Shown here piece by piece: positions 21,960 to 31,472 of a stretch of 62,813 bases of DNA. The stretch comes from a virus, in IMG/VR virus record IMGVR_UViG_3300030118_004366, positions 1-62,813 of that record; one strand, written 5' to 3'. Each line of letters opens with the position of its first letter. Within the stretch, counting starts at the first letter, position 1. Position numbers and translations under genes: made by a program. The notes beneath the pieces are model-generated. The model was not told the origin of the DNA. It saw nothing but the letters and a program-made list of their open reading frames with translations, and ran no database searches.

Positions 21960-22700
21960 ATGGCAAGAATATCCACATACGTTAAAGATACCAATGTAGT
22001 TGGTGCTGATAAATGGATTGGTTCTGATTCTCAGAATAATTTTCAAACCAAAAATTTTACAGCGCAAGATGTTGCTAATTTTATAAATAAAAAAGCAGCT
22101 GAATCACAATTATTAAGATATCAATACGATATGATAAACCCTACAGGAAGTCATCCAAGACCAGATGAGTCTATTACTTTTACAAATGGAGGGGCTTTTA
22201 ATGTACCGTTTAGTGGTATCACAACATTTGTTCTGAGTGCGTATGCAGAAAACCAAGGTGGTTTACTTATAGATGTATCTACATGGTATACTGCACCCTT
22301 GACTGGTTCTGATGTTTTAATAACACAATGTGATGATATTACTAATTGGGCTATATATAAATGGAACAGCTCTGCTCTTCAGACTGGAACGTTCTATGAT
22401 ATCAGCTTGACTTACATTGCAGGCAATGGGGGCTTAACAGACAAAAAAGATTATTTTATATCTTTGCTACAATATGTAGGGAGTAGCGGAGACAAAAATG
22501 AAGTGAGTGCTCTTTTAACTGGAAACAGTAGTTATATAGTCACTCATAGTTTAAACAAGTTCCCTGCAGTGAGTGTTACGTTAGTAGACGGGTCTAACAA
22601 CCCAACAGAAGAAGTTGAGTGCAAGGTAACTTACATAGATGTAGACCGAGTACAGTTAGACTTTACAAGTAATTTCACTGGTAAAGCAGTATTTAATTGA
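21960..22700 (+). CDS. Tail fibre / receptor-binding protein 1
   Basis: 246 aa. Its N-terminus MARISTYVKD..GADKWIGSD....TKNFTAQDVANF resembles that of 29873..30409. Confidence 0.55.
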   Translation: MARISTYVKDTNVVGADKWIGSDSQNNFQTKNFTAQDVANFINKKAAESQLLRYQYDMINPTGSHPRPDESITFTNGGAFNVPFSGITTFVLSAYAENQGGLLIDVSTWYTAPLTGSDVLITQCDDITNWAIYKWNSSALQTGTFYDISLTYIAGNGGLTDKKDYFISLLQYVGSSGDKNEVSALLTGNSSYIVTHSLNKFPAVSVTLVDGSNNPTEEVECKVTYIDVDRVQLDFTSNFTGKAVFN

Positions 22701-22717
22701 AAAAAAATATATAAAAA

Positions 22718-24898
22718 ATGGCAATAAGATTTTTAAAAGAAGTATTTATAGACGGAACGCTCCAGCTTACCGTAAACGCAGATGATGCAACATATACAGG
22801 TTTAGTTACCGTTGACGGCGGTATATTAAAATATAGAACAAAAGCACAGGTATTATCCGATATAGGAGCGGGAACTATGAGTAGTTTTGTTGCCGCAGCT
22901 GATTCAGGTTCTAATTCCACAATATCAAATGGTGATACTTTAACCTTTACAGCTGGTTCAGGTATAACGACAGCAAATGACGGTAATGGTACAATTACTA
23001 TTACTGCCACTGCGAGTGGTTATGCAGGATGGGAACTTGCTGGAGATTCAGGTTCTGCACAAGATATAGGCTCTGGTAACACAGCTACGTTTGCTGGTGG
23101 AACTAAAATTAGTACAGTCGTAAGCGCAACTGACACATTAACAATAAATCACGACGCTCAATCACAAACTAATACAACACCATCTACCGCTTTATCAAGT
23201 GGTGCTACGTTTACAGCTCTTTCAGCTAATGTAGGTGTAGATTCAACAGGTCATGTTACAGGCCAAGCTCTTACTACATACGAGCTTCCAGCTTCAGACA
23301 ATTATGTAAGTTGGACACTATCAGCGGATAGTGGTTCAAATCAAACTATACTTAGTGGCAATACAGTAGATATTGCAGGTACTGCAAATAATATTTCTAC
23401 GGTTGTTGCTAATACTGACACAGTAACTATTGATTTAATTGACACAGCGGTAACAGCTGGTTCGTATACATCTGCAAACATTACAGTTGACGATAAAGGT
23501 AGAATTACCGCAGCATCAGACGGTGGTGCAGGAACAATGACATCATGGACCTTACAAGGTGATTCAGGTTCTAATTTAACTGTTTCTGATGGAACAACAG
23601 TTGATATTGCAGGTGGTACAGGAGTTTCTACTGAAACTACAGCGTCAGGAATGACACTGACAAACAGTTTACCGTTTAACAGTATAACATTAGCTGCCAC
23701 AACTGGAGCTAATTCAACAATTTCAAACAATGGCACAATTACTATAGCTGCAGGCGCAAGCATTTCTACAACAAATAATGCAAGTGGAACAGTAACTATA
23801 GCATATACAGGCGGTACAGGTTCAATGAGTTCATGGGTGCTTACAGCTGATTCAGGTTCTGACCAAACAATAGATGATGGAGAGTCAGTTTTAATTGGAG
23901 GTAGTACGGGAATTGATACATCAATTTCTGCAACTAATACAGTAGAAATTGCTCTTGATTTAAATGAATTGACAACTATTACTTCAGCAGCAGCAACAGA
24001 TGAGCTTATTATAAATAGTTCTGGTAACAAAAAAATAGATATAGATGATATTCATCTAAATCAGTTTGGTGATGCAGAAGCAGATGTTGATTTTGGTGGA
24101 AATAAACTATTAGATGTTGCAACAGGTACTGCTGGAACAGACGGTGTTAACTTAGCACAAGTTCAATCTATAGCGGCTGGAGTTGGAATATTTAGAGGAG
24201 GATATAATGCAATTACAAACACCCCAGTATTAACTGGTTCAAGTAATATAGCTTTAGACCAAGGTGACTTCTTTGCTGTAACAGACTCTAATAATACAAG
24301 TTTCTTAGGAACAGTAGTAGAGGTTGGAGATTTAATATTTGCAAATAGTAACATATCTGCGAGCTCATCACCAAGTGCATCAGATTATACGATAGTACAA
24401 TCTGGACAAAGTATTGCAGGTGTAGGACTAACAGATGGTGCTACAATAAAAGGTATTGCAGGTTTCGATAGTGCAAACTTTAACGCAACTTCTAATGGAT
24501 TTATAACTTTAGACGACACTGGAGTAACCTCGGGTTCTTATGGTGGTGCAAGTAAATCACTTTCAGCTACTGTAACTGCAAAAGGTTTACTATCTTCGCT
24601 AAGTGAACAAGCTATTGATATTACAGCATCACAAGTTAGTGATTTCTGTACAGCGGTTAGCACATGTATAGCAGCAAACGAGCAGTATGTTGTAAGTATA
24701 GGAGATGGAACTGCAACTTCGTATTCAGTAAGTCATGGTTTAAACACAAAAGATGTAATTGTGCAACTATATGATGTTAGTAGCGGTGACACTGTTTATG
24801 CGGACGTAGTAAGAACATCAGCAGCGGTAGTAACAATTACATTTACATCGGCACCTTCAACTAATGATATAAGAGTATTGATTACGAAGGTTGCATAA
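22718..24898 (+). CDS. Tail fibre protein 2 (about 45-aa W.L..DSGS...I..G.TVDIAGG..I repeats)
   Basis: 726 aa, rich in Gly/Ser/Thr. It carries at least 6 internal repeat units, shared with the next gene. Confidence 0.7.
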   Translation: MAIRFLKEVFIDGTLQLTVNADDATYTGLVTVDGGILKYRTKAQVLSDIGAGTMSSFVAAADSGSNSTISNGDTLTFTAGSGITTANDGNGTITITATASGYAGWELAGDSGSAQDIGSGNTATFAGGTKISTVVSATDTLTINHDAQSQTNTTPSTALSSGATFTALSANVGVDSTGHVTGQALTTYELPASDNYVSWTLSADSGSNQTILSGNTVDIAGTANNISTVVANTDTVTIDLIDTAVTAGSYTSANITVDDKGRITAASDGGAGTMTSWTLQGDSGSNLTVSDGTTVDIAGGTGVSTETTASGMTLTNSLPFNSITLAATTGANSTISNNGTITIAAGASISTTNNASGTVTIAYTGGTGSMSSWVLTADSGSDQTIDDGESVLIGGSTGIDTSISATNTVEIALDLNELTTITSAAATDELIINSSGNKKIDIDDIHLNQFGDAEADVDFGGNKLLDVATGTAGTDGVNLAQVQSIAAGVGIFRGGYNAITNTPVLTGSSNIALDQGDFFAVTDSNNTSFLGTVVEVGDLIFANSNISASSSPSASDYTIVQSGQSIAGVGLTDGATIKGIAGFDSANFNATSNGFITLDDTGVTSGSYGGASKSLSATVTAKGLLSSLSEQAIDITASQVSDFCTAVSTCIAANEQYVVSIGDGTATSYSVSHGLNTKDVIVQLYDVSSGDTVYADVVRTSAAVVTITFTSAPSTNDIRVLITKVA

Positions 24899-24910
24899 AT
24901 TTAATTTATA

Positions 24911-27900
24911 ATGGCAATAAAATTTTTATCAGATGGTAACATTGATAATGACCTTCAAGTACAATCAAAATTAACAGTAGGTAACGGCTCTACCAGTTAT
25001 TCTAAAATACAAAACAATGCTATTAATTTGTATGATAGCGGTGGTTCGTCCAAAGGCCAAATATTTATAAACGAATCTGGTAGTAATCATCTTCTAATGA
25101 TTAACAATGGCTCTTCAGGGGGTATTGTTTATTTTGGAGCTCCCACATCTTACACTCAAAATGTAATTATTCAAGGCGGCTATTTAACTGTAGGAAACTA
25201 TCTTGATATAGAAGGTAGTCTTATAAAGATGGATGCTCCTGGCACTACTACTGCAGTAGATGTAATTAAATTTGAAACAACAACCTCCTCTTCACCTTAT
25301 ACGGGTGGTAAAACATTAACTATAGGTGATGTAGCTGCAGGTGACCAAGTAGAAACTATAAACCTCATGACAATGGGGCACACCTATTTACAAATTTCTG
25401 ATGACCAAATTATTTCTAAAGCAGATGAATTAAAATTTACAGGTAATTTAGGTTCAAATGCAATTACTCAATTTTGGGGATTAAATAGTAATGGTGATGT
25501 GCAAAAAAGAACAAAGGCTCAATTCGCTTCTGATGCAGGTATAGTTCGTACAACTACTTCTCAAACCATAGCTGGTGACAAAACATTTTCTGGTGCAACA
25601 ACATTTACTAATTCTATAACACAAACTGGAGGTGGAACAACAACATTATCTGGGGACCTTGATGTACAAGGAAGTGGAATAAGTTTAGTTGATGATATTA
25701 CCTTTAGTGGTAGTGGAAGAATACAAGGTTTAGCTTCTCCATCATCTGGTACAGATGCAGCCAACAAATCTTATGTAGATGCACATCCATCAGGAACAGT
25801 AACATCAGTTGCTCTTTCAGGTGGCACTGGGATTTCTATTTCTGGTTCTCCTATAACTGGTTCTGGAACAATAACTGTTACAAACTCTGCACCTGACCAA
25901 ACAGTAGCTCTAACAGGAGGTACTGGCATATCAATATCAGGTACCTATCCTAATTTCACTATAACGAATAGTTCACCGAGTAGTGGTGGGACTATTACAG
26001 GTTCTGGCACCGCTAATAAAGTAACAAAATTTACAGGTGCTTCAGCTATCGGTAACGGCCCTATTACATTCTCAAGTAATGATTCCACATTTGCAGGAAA
26101 TGTGACAATAGATAATTCTGGAAGCGGTGATAGTAAATTAACACTTTCTACTTCAACAGGTGGCGACCCTCAAATAGTTATGAATAGTGATGCTTCAAAT
26201 AGAAGTGGACTAATTATGTATCAAGACAATGGAACAAATATAGGTAGAATTGAATATGTTCACAACGGAGATAAATTGCAATTTCAAGCAGGCTCATCAA
26301 CTGGCTATGCTTTACAATTAGAAAATACTGTTGCAACTTTTTCAGGTAATATAACCCTTAGTTCAGATAAAAAAATAAATTTTGGAGCATCTACTAATAT
26401 TGAAGGAGCAACTTCTGGTACAAAAATGATATTAGAAACTTCAACTGATTATCTTTTCCGTTTTGGAGGTTCTACTAAAGTATCTTTTGAATCTAATGGT
26501 CAAGTAAGTTTTTTAAATTATGGTTCTGGAACATTTACTGGTACAGCTACAAAGGCTTTACAGGTAACTTCTGCTGGTAAAATAATTGAAGGAAATATAG
26601 GAGGTTCTGGTACAGTAACAAGTGTAGGTATCACTGCTGGTACAGGAATATCTGTATCTGGTTCACCAGTTACAAGCTCAGGAAATATAACAGTTACTAA
26701 CTCAGCACCTGACCAAACGGTCGCTTTAACTGGTGGCACAGGAATTTCTATATCGGGTTCTTATCCAAACTTCACTATAACTAATAGTTCACCAAGCAGT
26801 GGAGGTACAGTAACAAGCGTAAGTGCAACATCACCAGTAACCTCAACGGGAGGAAACACTCCAACGATTGGTGTTGATACAGCTGCGGTAAGCAGTGGTT
26901 CATCAAAATTAGCAACAGGAACACAAATACAAACAGCAATAAACAGTGCAGTCTCTGGATTAGGTTCTGGTACAGTTACAAGTGTAGCTACTGGAACAGG
27001 TCTTACAGGTGGTACAATAACTACTTCAGGCACACTTTCATTAAATTTAAATGGACTGACAACCACAACAGGTGCAGGTAGTGCAGACTTTTTTGCTATT
27101 GTAAACAGTGCAGGAAGTCAATTTAAAATAGCTCCTGGTAATGTAAATATATCTACATTTAATAATAATGCAGGGTATGTTACGAGTTCTGGCGTAACCT
27201 CGGTTGCAACTGGTTCAGGATTAACTGGTGGTACCATAACTGGTAGTGGAACTGTAAGTGTAGATTATGGGACTGCAGGTTTAATAAATGACGCACCTGG
27301 AGGTAGTGGTAATCCAGACCAAGATGACTTAGTATTAATTGGTAAAGACTCTTCAGGTAGTGGAGAAACAAGGTCATATGCTTTAGTAGATTTACCTTTT
27401 GCACCTTCAGGAACAGTATCAGGTGTAACAAGTGTAGCTGTTTCTGGTGGTACAGGAATATCTATATCGGGTTCACCCATAACATCTACAGGCACAATAA
27501 CAGTAACTAATTCAGCTCCCGACCAAACGGTTGCCTTAACAGCGGGAACTGGTATATCGGTTTCGGGCACTTATCCAAACTTTACAATAACAAACTCTTC
27601 TCCAAGTAGTGGAGGAACAATGTCGAGCTGGTCTTTACAAGGAGATTCAGGAGGTTCGACCGCTATTACAAATGGTGAAACTGTAGATATTGCTGGAGGC
27701 ACTAATATTACTACATCCAGGTCAAGTAATACTATAACTATAAATAATGGGATTACCAACAATAATCAATTAACCAACGGAGCTGGATATATAACGTCAA
27801 TAACAATAGGTTCTGGAACAGGGCTTACTGGCGGGGGGACTGGAACTTCATTTACTTTAAACTTAGATTTAAACGAATTAACCACCACAACAGGTTCAGG

Positions 27901-29248
27901 TAATGCAGATTTCTTCCCTATAGTCAATAGTGGGGGTTCTCAGTTTAAAATTGCACCAGGCGATATTGATATATCCACTTTGAATAATGACGCTGGATAT
28001 GTAACATCTTCAGGTGGCTCTATGTCAACTTGGAAACTTACTGCTGATAGTGGTGGGACCGCAACTATTGATGATGCAGAGACAGTAGACATTGCAGGGG
28101 GAACAAACATAACCACAGCTCGTTCTGGAAACACAGTGACTATAAATAATGGTCTTGTAAATAACAGTCAGCTTTCTAATACTGCAGGATATATTACAGG
28201 TTCAACAGTATTTTCAGCTGGTGGTGGAGACGTTACGGGTAGTGCAGCGTTAAACCAATCAGTAGTTTTAACCATGGCTACAGTAAACTCAAATGTAGGT
28301 TCATTTACAAATGCAAATATAACTGTAGATGGTAAGGGTAGAATAACTGCTGCATCAAGTGGTAGTAGTGGAATAACTGGTTTAGGTACGGCTAACTTCT
28401 TATCAAAATTTGGTACTTCTTCAACCATAACTAATTCTGAAATATCAGACACTGGAAGTGTGATACAATTAGGTCTTGATGCTTCCAATAATTCAACATT
28501 ATATTTAGACACTGTTAATAGGAAGGTCGGATTTAGAACAACGAGCCCTGGTGCTGCATTCGATGTTAATGGCACAATGAGAGTTAGAAACCAATTAAAT
28601 GTTGGAGATACTACAGAACAAAATTTATATGTAGATGGAAATGCAAATCCAGGTGGCAAGTATGTTAAGATGGGTAATTATGGTGGAGCTACAGGTAATT
28701 ACTTTGGAATAACTTCATCAGAAAATCAACCAAAATATAGTGCTGCGTTTGGTAATGGCGGTAAAATAGTACAAGACAAAAGAATAGTAACAGTAAAAAT
28801 AGCAGCATCCGCTTTAAATAGTGCAACAAGTGATAATGGAAAAATAATAATTTCAAACCCAGGGACTAACAGTGTTCTTTGGCCAACAAATATATTTATT
28901 TATAGGGGCTCAGGACAACCTGGTTCAGGATGGGCCAGTGGAAATACAGCTGGAGCAGTTTTTTATTTTTGCCCAAGTGGTAACTGTGGTCAAAGAAGAA
29001 TTATAACTGTAATGGCTGGAGGGGTTTGTAGTACTGCAAGTGAGTGGTATTGGGGCAGACCAGTTCCATTACCCACTATCAATGAAAATCCTACTGTAGT
29101 TTGGGATGGGTTAAAAAACCAAGCCTTAAGATTTAGAACATCAACTACTGTTAGTAACGCTACTATGGATTGGTATGTAAGAATAGAATATTTGAAAATA
29201 AATGTAACTGCAGGATTTGTAAATAATGTAGATACAACTGTAACTTAA
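24911..29248 (+). CDS. Giant tail fibre protein 3
   Basis: 1445 aa. It has three copies of a 68-71-aa module plus modules shared with 22718..24898. Confidence 0.7.
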   Translation: MAIKFLSDGNIDNDLQVQSKLTVGNGSTSYSKIQNNAINLYDSGGSSKGQIFINESGSNHLLMINNGSSGGIVYFGAPTSYTQNVIIQGGYLTVGNYLDIEGSLIKMDAPGTTTAVDVIKFETTTSSSPYTGGKTLTIGDVAAGDQVETINLMTMGHTYLQISDDQIISKADELKFTGNLGSNAITQFWGLNSNGDVQKRTKAQFASDAGIVRTTTSQTIAGDKTFSGATTFTNSITQTGGGTTTLSGDLDVQGSGISLVDDITFSGSGRIQGLASPSSGTDAANKSYVDAHPSGTVTSVALSGGTGISISGSPITGSGTITVTNSAPDQTVALTGGTGISISGTYPNFTITNSSPSSGGTITGSGTANKVTKFTGASAIGNGPITFSSNDSTFAGNVTIDNSGSGDSKLTLSTSTGGDPQIVMNSDASNRSGLIMYQDNGTNIGRIEYVHNGDKLQFQAGSSTGYALQLENTVATFSGNITLSSDKKINFGASTNIEGATSGTKMILETSTDYLFRFGGSTKVSFESNGQVSFLNYGSGTFTGTATKALQVTSAGKIIEGNIGGSGTVTSVGITAGTGISVSGSPVTSSGNITVTNSAPDQTVALTGGTGISISGSYPNFTITNSSPSSGGTVTSVSATSPVTSTGGNTPTIGVDTAAVSSGSSKLATGTQIQTAINSAVSGLGSGTVTSVATGTGLTGGTITTSGTLSLNLNGLTTTTGAGSADFFAIVNSAGSQFKIAPGNVNISTFNNNAGYVTSSGVTSVATGSGLTGGTITGSGTVSVDYGTAGLINDAPGGSGNPDQDDLVLIGKDSSGSGETRSYALVDLPFAPSGTVSGVTSVAVSGGTGISISGSPITSTGTITVTNSAPDQTVALTAGTGISVSGTYPNFTITNSSPSSGGTMSSWSLQGDSGGSTAITNGETVDIAGGTNITTSRSSNTITINNGITNNNQLTNGAGYITSITIGSGTGLTGGGTGTSFTLNLDLNELTTTTGSGNADFFPIVNSGGSQFKIAPGDIDISTLNNDAGYVTSSGGSMSTWKLTADSGGTATIDDAETVDIAGGTNITTARSGNTVTINNGLVNNSQLSNTAGYITGSTVFSAGGGDVTGSAALNQSVVLTMATVNSNVGSFTNANITVDGKGRITAASSGSSGITGLGTANFLSKFGTSSTITNSEISDTGSVIQLGLDASNNSTLYLDTVNRKVGFRTTSPGAAFDVNGTMRVRNQLNVGDTTEQNLYVDGNANPGGKYVKMGNYGGATGNYFGITSSENQPKYSAAFGNGGKIVQDKRIVTVKIAASALNSATSDNGKIIISNPGTNSVLWPTNIFIYRGSGQPGSGWASGNTAGAVFYFCPSGNCGQRRIITVMAGGVCSTASEWYWGRPVPLPTINENPTVVWDGLKNQALRFRTSTTVSNATMDWYVRIEYLKINVTAGFVNNVDTTVT
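25790..27619 (+). repeat. Three dispersed copies of a 68-71-aa module (25790..25993, 26606..26809, 27407..27619)
   Basis: The module is SGTVTSV..GTGISISGSPIT..G.ITVTNSAPDQTVALTGGTGISISG.YPNFTITNSSPSSGGT. Copies are conserved at protein level and diverged at synonymous sites. Confidence 0.85.
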
Positions 29249-29261
29249 TAAATTTAAAATT

Positions 29262-29573
29262 ATGGCAATAGTAAGTAATGTAAAAATAATATCTTTAAAA
29301 GCTTTAAAATCTTTTGAAGAAAAAAATCATGTGATTGAAGAAGTACACTATCTTGTTGAATCAAAAGATGGAGAATTTGCACACTCTATGGGTGGTGTAA
29401 AAAATTTAACTTTTGATAAAGATAATTTTGTTGAATGGGAGGATTCAGATGAATTTCAAGACATAGTATTGAGTTGGATTAAAGATGACACAGATAAGAT
29501 TATTTCTATTTGTGAGCTTCATGTCTCTGAATTAAAAGCAGACAATAAAGAAGAGTTGTTTTTTTCAAACTAA
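29262..29573 (+). CDS. Hypothetical acidic protein
   Basis: 103-aa ORF directly after the fibre gene. Confidence 0.55.
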   Translation: MAIVSNVKIISLKALKSFEEKNHVIEEVHYLVESKDGEFAHSMGGVKNLTFDKDNFVEWEDSDEFQDIVLSWIKDDTDKIISICELHVSELKADNKEELFFSN

Positions 29574-29590
29574 CAATAGTTTTAATTCAC

Positions 29591-29598
29591 TATATTTG
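29591..29598 (+). promoter_or_regulatory. -7 box TATATTTG
   Basis: Exact TAnnTTTG match 31 nt upstream of the ATG at 29629. Confidence 0.5.
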
Positions 29599-29628
29599 TA
29601 ATATGTATAACAATTTAAATTAAATAAA

Positions 29629-29889
29629 ATGGCAAAATTAAAAGACGAAGAATTAAAAAAAGTTCAAGAGTTAAATCAGCAGTTTTTACAAACTAAGATT
29701 GAAATAGCAGATGCTTTTGTGGCATTAGTTAAAAAAGTTCCAAATTTAGACGCGGTTCAAAGTCAATTTGGCGAATTAGAAAAAGAGCTTATTGCATCTT
29801 ATGGAGAAAACGCAGTGATTGATTTAAGAACTGGAGAAGTAAAAGAACCAGAAAAAGAAAAAGAAGAATCAGATGGCGAAAATAAGTAA
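29629..29889 (+). CDS. Hypothetical coiled-coil protein
   Basis: 86-aa ORF. Confidence 0.55.
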   Translation: MAKLKDEELKKVQELNQQFLQTKIEIADAFVALVKKVPNLDAVQSQFGELEKELIASYGENAVIDLRTGEVKEPEKEKEESDGENK

Positions 29890-30409
29890 CACAGTAGCAT
29901 ACCCCTCAATATCTAATTTAGATGCGGCGGATTATTTAGTATTGACAGATGCAGAAAATGAATTAAAAACAAAAACTGCAACTATCTCTCAAATACAAGC
30001 TTTGTTTGGGGTAGACACTAATGTTGCTAAAACGACTATTAACACAGGCTCTTTGCTAACATTAGCAGATACAGCTATCGCTATAGTTCCTGCACCTGGA
30101 GCAGGTAAAGTTATTGACGTTATAAGTATAATGTTTTTTTTAGATGCAGGTTCAACGGCATTTGATTTTGGTACAGGTTCTTTACCTATTAAAATGGGAG
30201 CTCAAGAAATAGCGTCTGTTCCAAATAGTAGTACTACAGTTAATTCAGCTACAGACGCGGTGTTTAAGCCAGAGGTTCCAAACTCTAATGAGATAATAGC
30301 TCAAAATACTGCGGTTACTATAGAAGCTCAATCAAACCCTTCACAAGGCTCTGGGACTTTATATGCGAATGTATTTTATAGAGTTCTTGAGGTAGGCTCA
30401 TCATTCTAA
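29873..30409 (+). CDS. Tail fibre / receptor-binding protein 4
   Basis: 178 aa. Its N-terminus MAKISNTVAYPSISNLDAADYLVLTD....TKTATISQIQALF has the same architecture as the 21960 product. Confidence 0.5.
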   Translation: MAKISNTVAYPSISNLDAADYLVLTDAENELKTKTATISQIQALFGVDTNVAKTTINTGSLLTLADTAIAIVPAPGAGKVIDVISIMFFLDAGSTAFDFGTGSLPIKMGAQEIASVPNSSTTVNSATDAVFKPEVPNSNEIIAQNTAVTIEAQSNPSQGSGTLYANVFYRVLEVGSSF

Positions 30410-30413
30410 TTAA

Positions 30414-30638
30414 ATGGACATAAGAAAAATTTCAATAGGTGCAGACTATAAGTCTGGAGCAATGCACTACATCGTAGGACAAGATGTATTAGGTAGTAAT
30501 TATCAGATACATTTGATTCAGCATGACCATGAAAAAGATTCTTATAAAATTTGGATTATTAAAAATGAAGAAATTCTACTTTGGAAAGAATTTAAAAATA
30601 CACTACCTATTTCTTTAGAATATAATATTAATTTTTAA
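30414..30638 (+). CDS. Hypothetical protein
   Basis: 74-aa ORF. Confidence 0.5.
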   Translation: MDIRKISIGADYKSGAMHYIVGQDVLGSNYQIHLIQHDHEKDSYKIWIIKNEEILLWKEFKNTLPISLEYNINF

Positions 30639-31240
30639 TGCAATCACCTTATTGTTTTATTGTAAAGCCCTACAACGATAGGCGTTATGATAATATAAAA
30701 TATTATGGTGATAAAAAATTTTTTATTAGCACATCTGAAGAAGACCATACCGTATCTACGAGATTTGCAACTGTAGTAAACACCCCTATAAATTATAAAG
30801 GAAAAATTCAAAAAGGAGATACGCTTGTCGTTCATCATAATGTTTTCAAATATTATAACGATATTTATGGAAGACAAAAAAGCGGAAGAAGCTGGATTAT
30901 TGATGATTTATTTTTAGTAGATGATTATCAATTTTATATGTATAAGCAAAATGATAAGTGGTATAGTCATGATAAGTATTGTTTTATAAAACCTATACCA
31001 ATAGAAAAAAAATACATAGATGTTGCTGAAAGTGAAGAACCTCTTTGGGGTATAGTAAAATACGGCAATAAACAGTTAGAGCGTTTAAACATTTTGCCTG
31101 GTGATAAAGTTTCGTTTCAACCGAACAGTGAGTATGAATTTAAAATAGACGATGAAAAATTATATCGTATGTATACTAATAATATAACATTGAAAGATGG
31201 ACACAAAAGCAATAAAACTACAAATCATACAAGCTGGTGA
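30638..31240 (+). CDS. Possible tandem Cpn10 (GroES-fold)-like protein
   Basis: 200 aa in two halves. The first reads CFIVKP....ATVVNTP....IQKGDTLVV. The second reads CFIKPIPIE....WGIVKYGNK....ILPGDKVSF....DDEKLYRM. Both echo the GroES pattern. Confidence 0.4.
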   Translation: MQSPYCFIVKPYNDRRYDNIKYYGDKKFFISTSEEDHTVSTRFATVVNTPINYKGKIQKGDTLVVHHNVFKYYNDIYGRQKSGRSWIIDDLFLVDDYQFYMYKQNDKWYSHDKYCFIKPIPIEKKYIDVAESEEPLWGIVKYGNKQLERLNILPGDKVSFQPNSEYEFKIDDEKLYRMYTNNITLKDGHKSNKTTNHTSW

Positions 31241-31472
31241 AAAAGCCGTTAAAGAGTTAATTGACGTAGCTAAAGAAAAAATTATAAAACCAGATATAGA
31301 TGATGAACTTGCTGCTGATAGACTAAAAAATGCAGCAGCTACCAAAAAGCTCGCTATATTTGATGCTTTTGAAATACTTAAAAGAATAGACGAAGAAAGA
31401 GATAAACTGGAGGGAAAAGAAATTAAAACTAATAATTTACCAAAAGGCTTTGCAGAACGTAACTCAAAATAA
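31197..31472 (+). CDS. Hypothetical helical protein (possible small terminase subunit by position)
   Basis: 91-aa ORF overlapping both neighbours and lying immediately upstream of terL. Confidence 0.3.
   Translation: MDTKAIKLQIIQAGEKAVKELIDVAKEKIIKPDIDDELAADRLKNAAATKKLAIFDAFEILKRIDEERDKLEGKEIKTNNLPKGFAERNSK

Noticed and set aside
22693-28659. Many antisense ORFs inside the fibre genes (for example 22693..23010, 23341..24030, 26761..27066, 27265..27570, 28168..28659, all minus strand).
   Set aside because: They lie wholly inside long, repeat-rich, clearly coding plus-strand ORFs. Their Val/Pro/Ala-rich products are what the antisense of GGT/ACT/TCA-rich codons gives. They have no promoter or start context.
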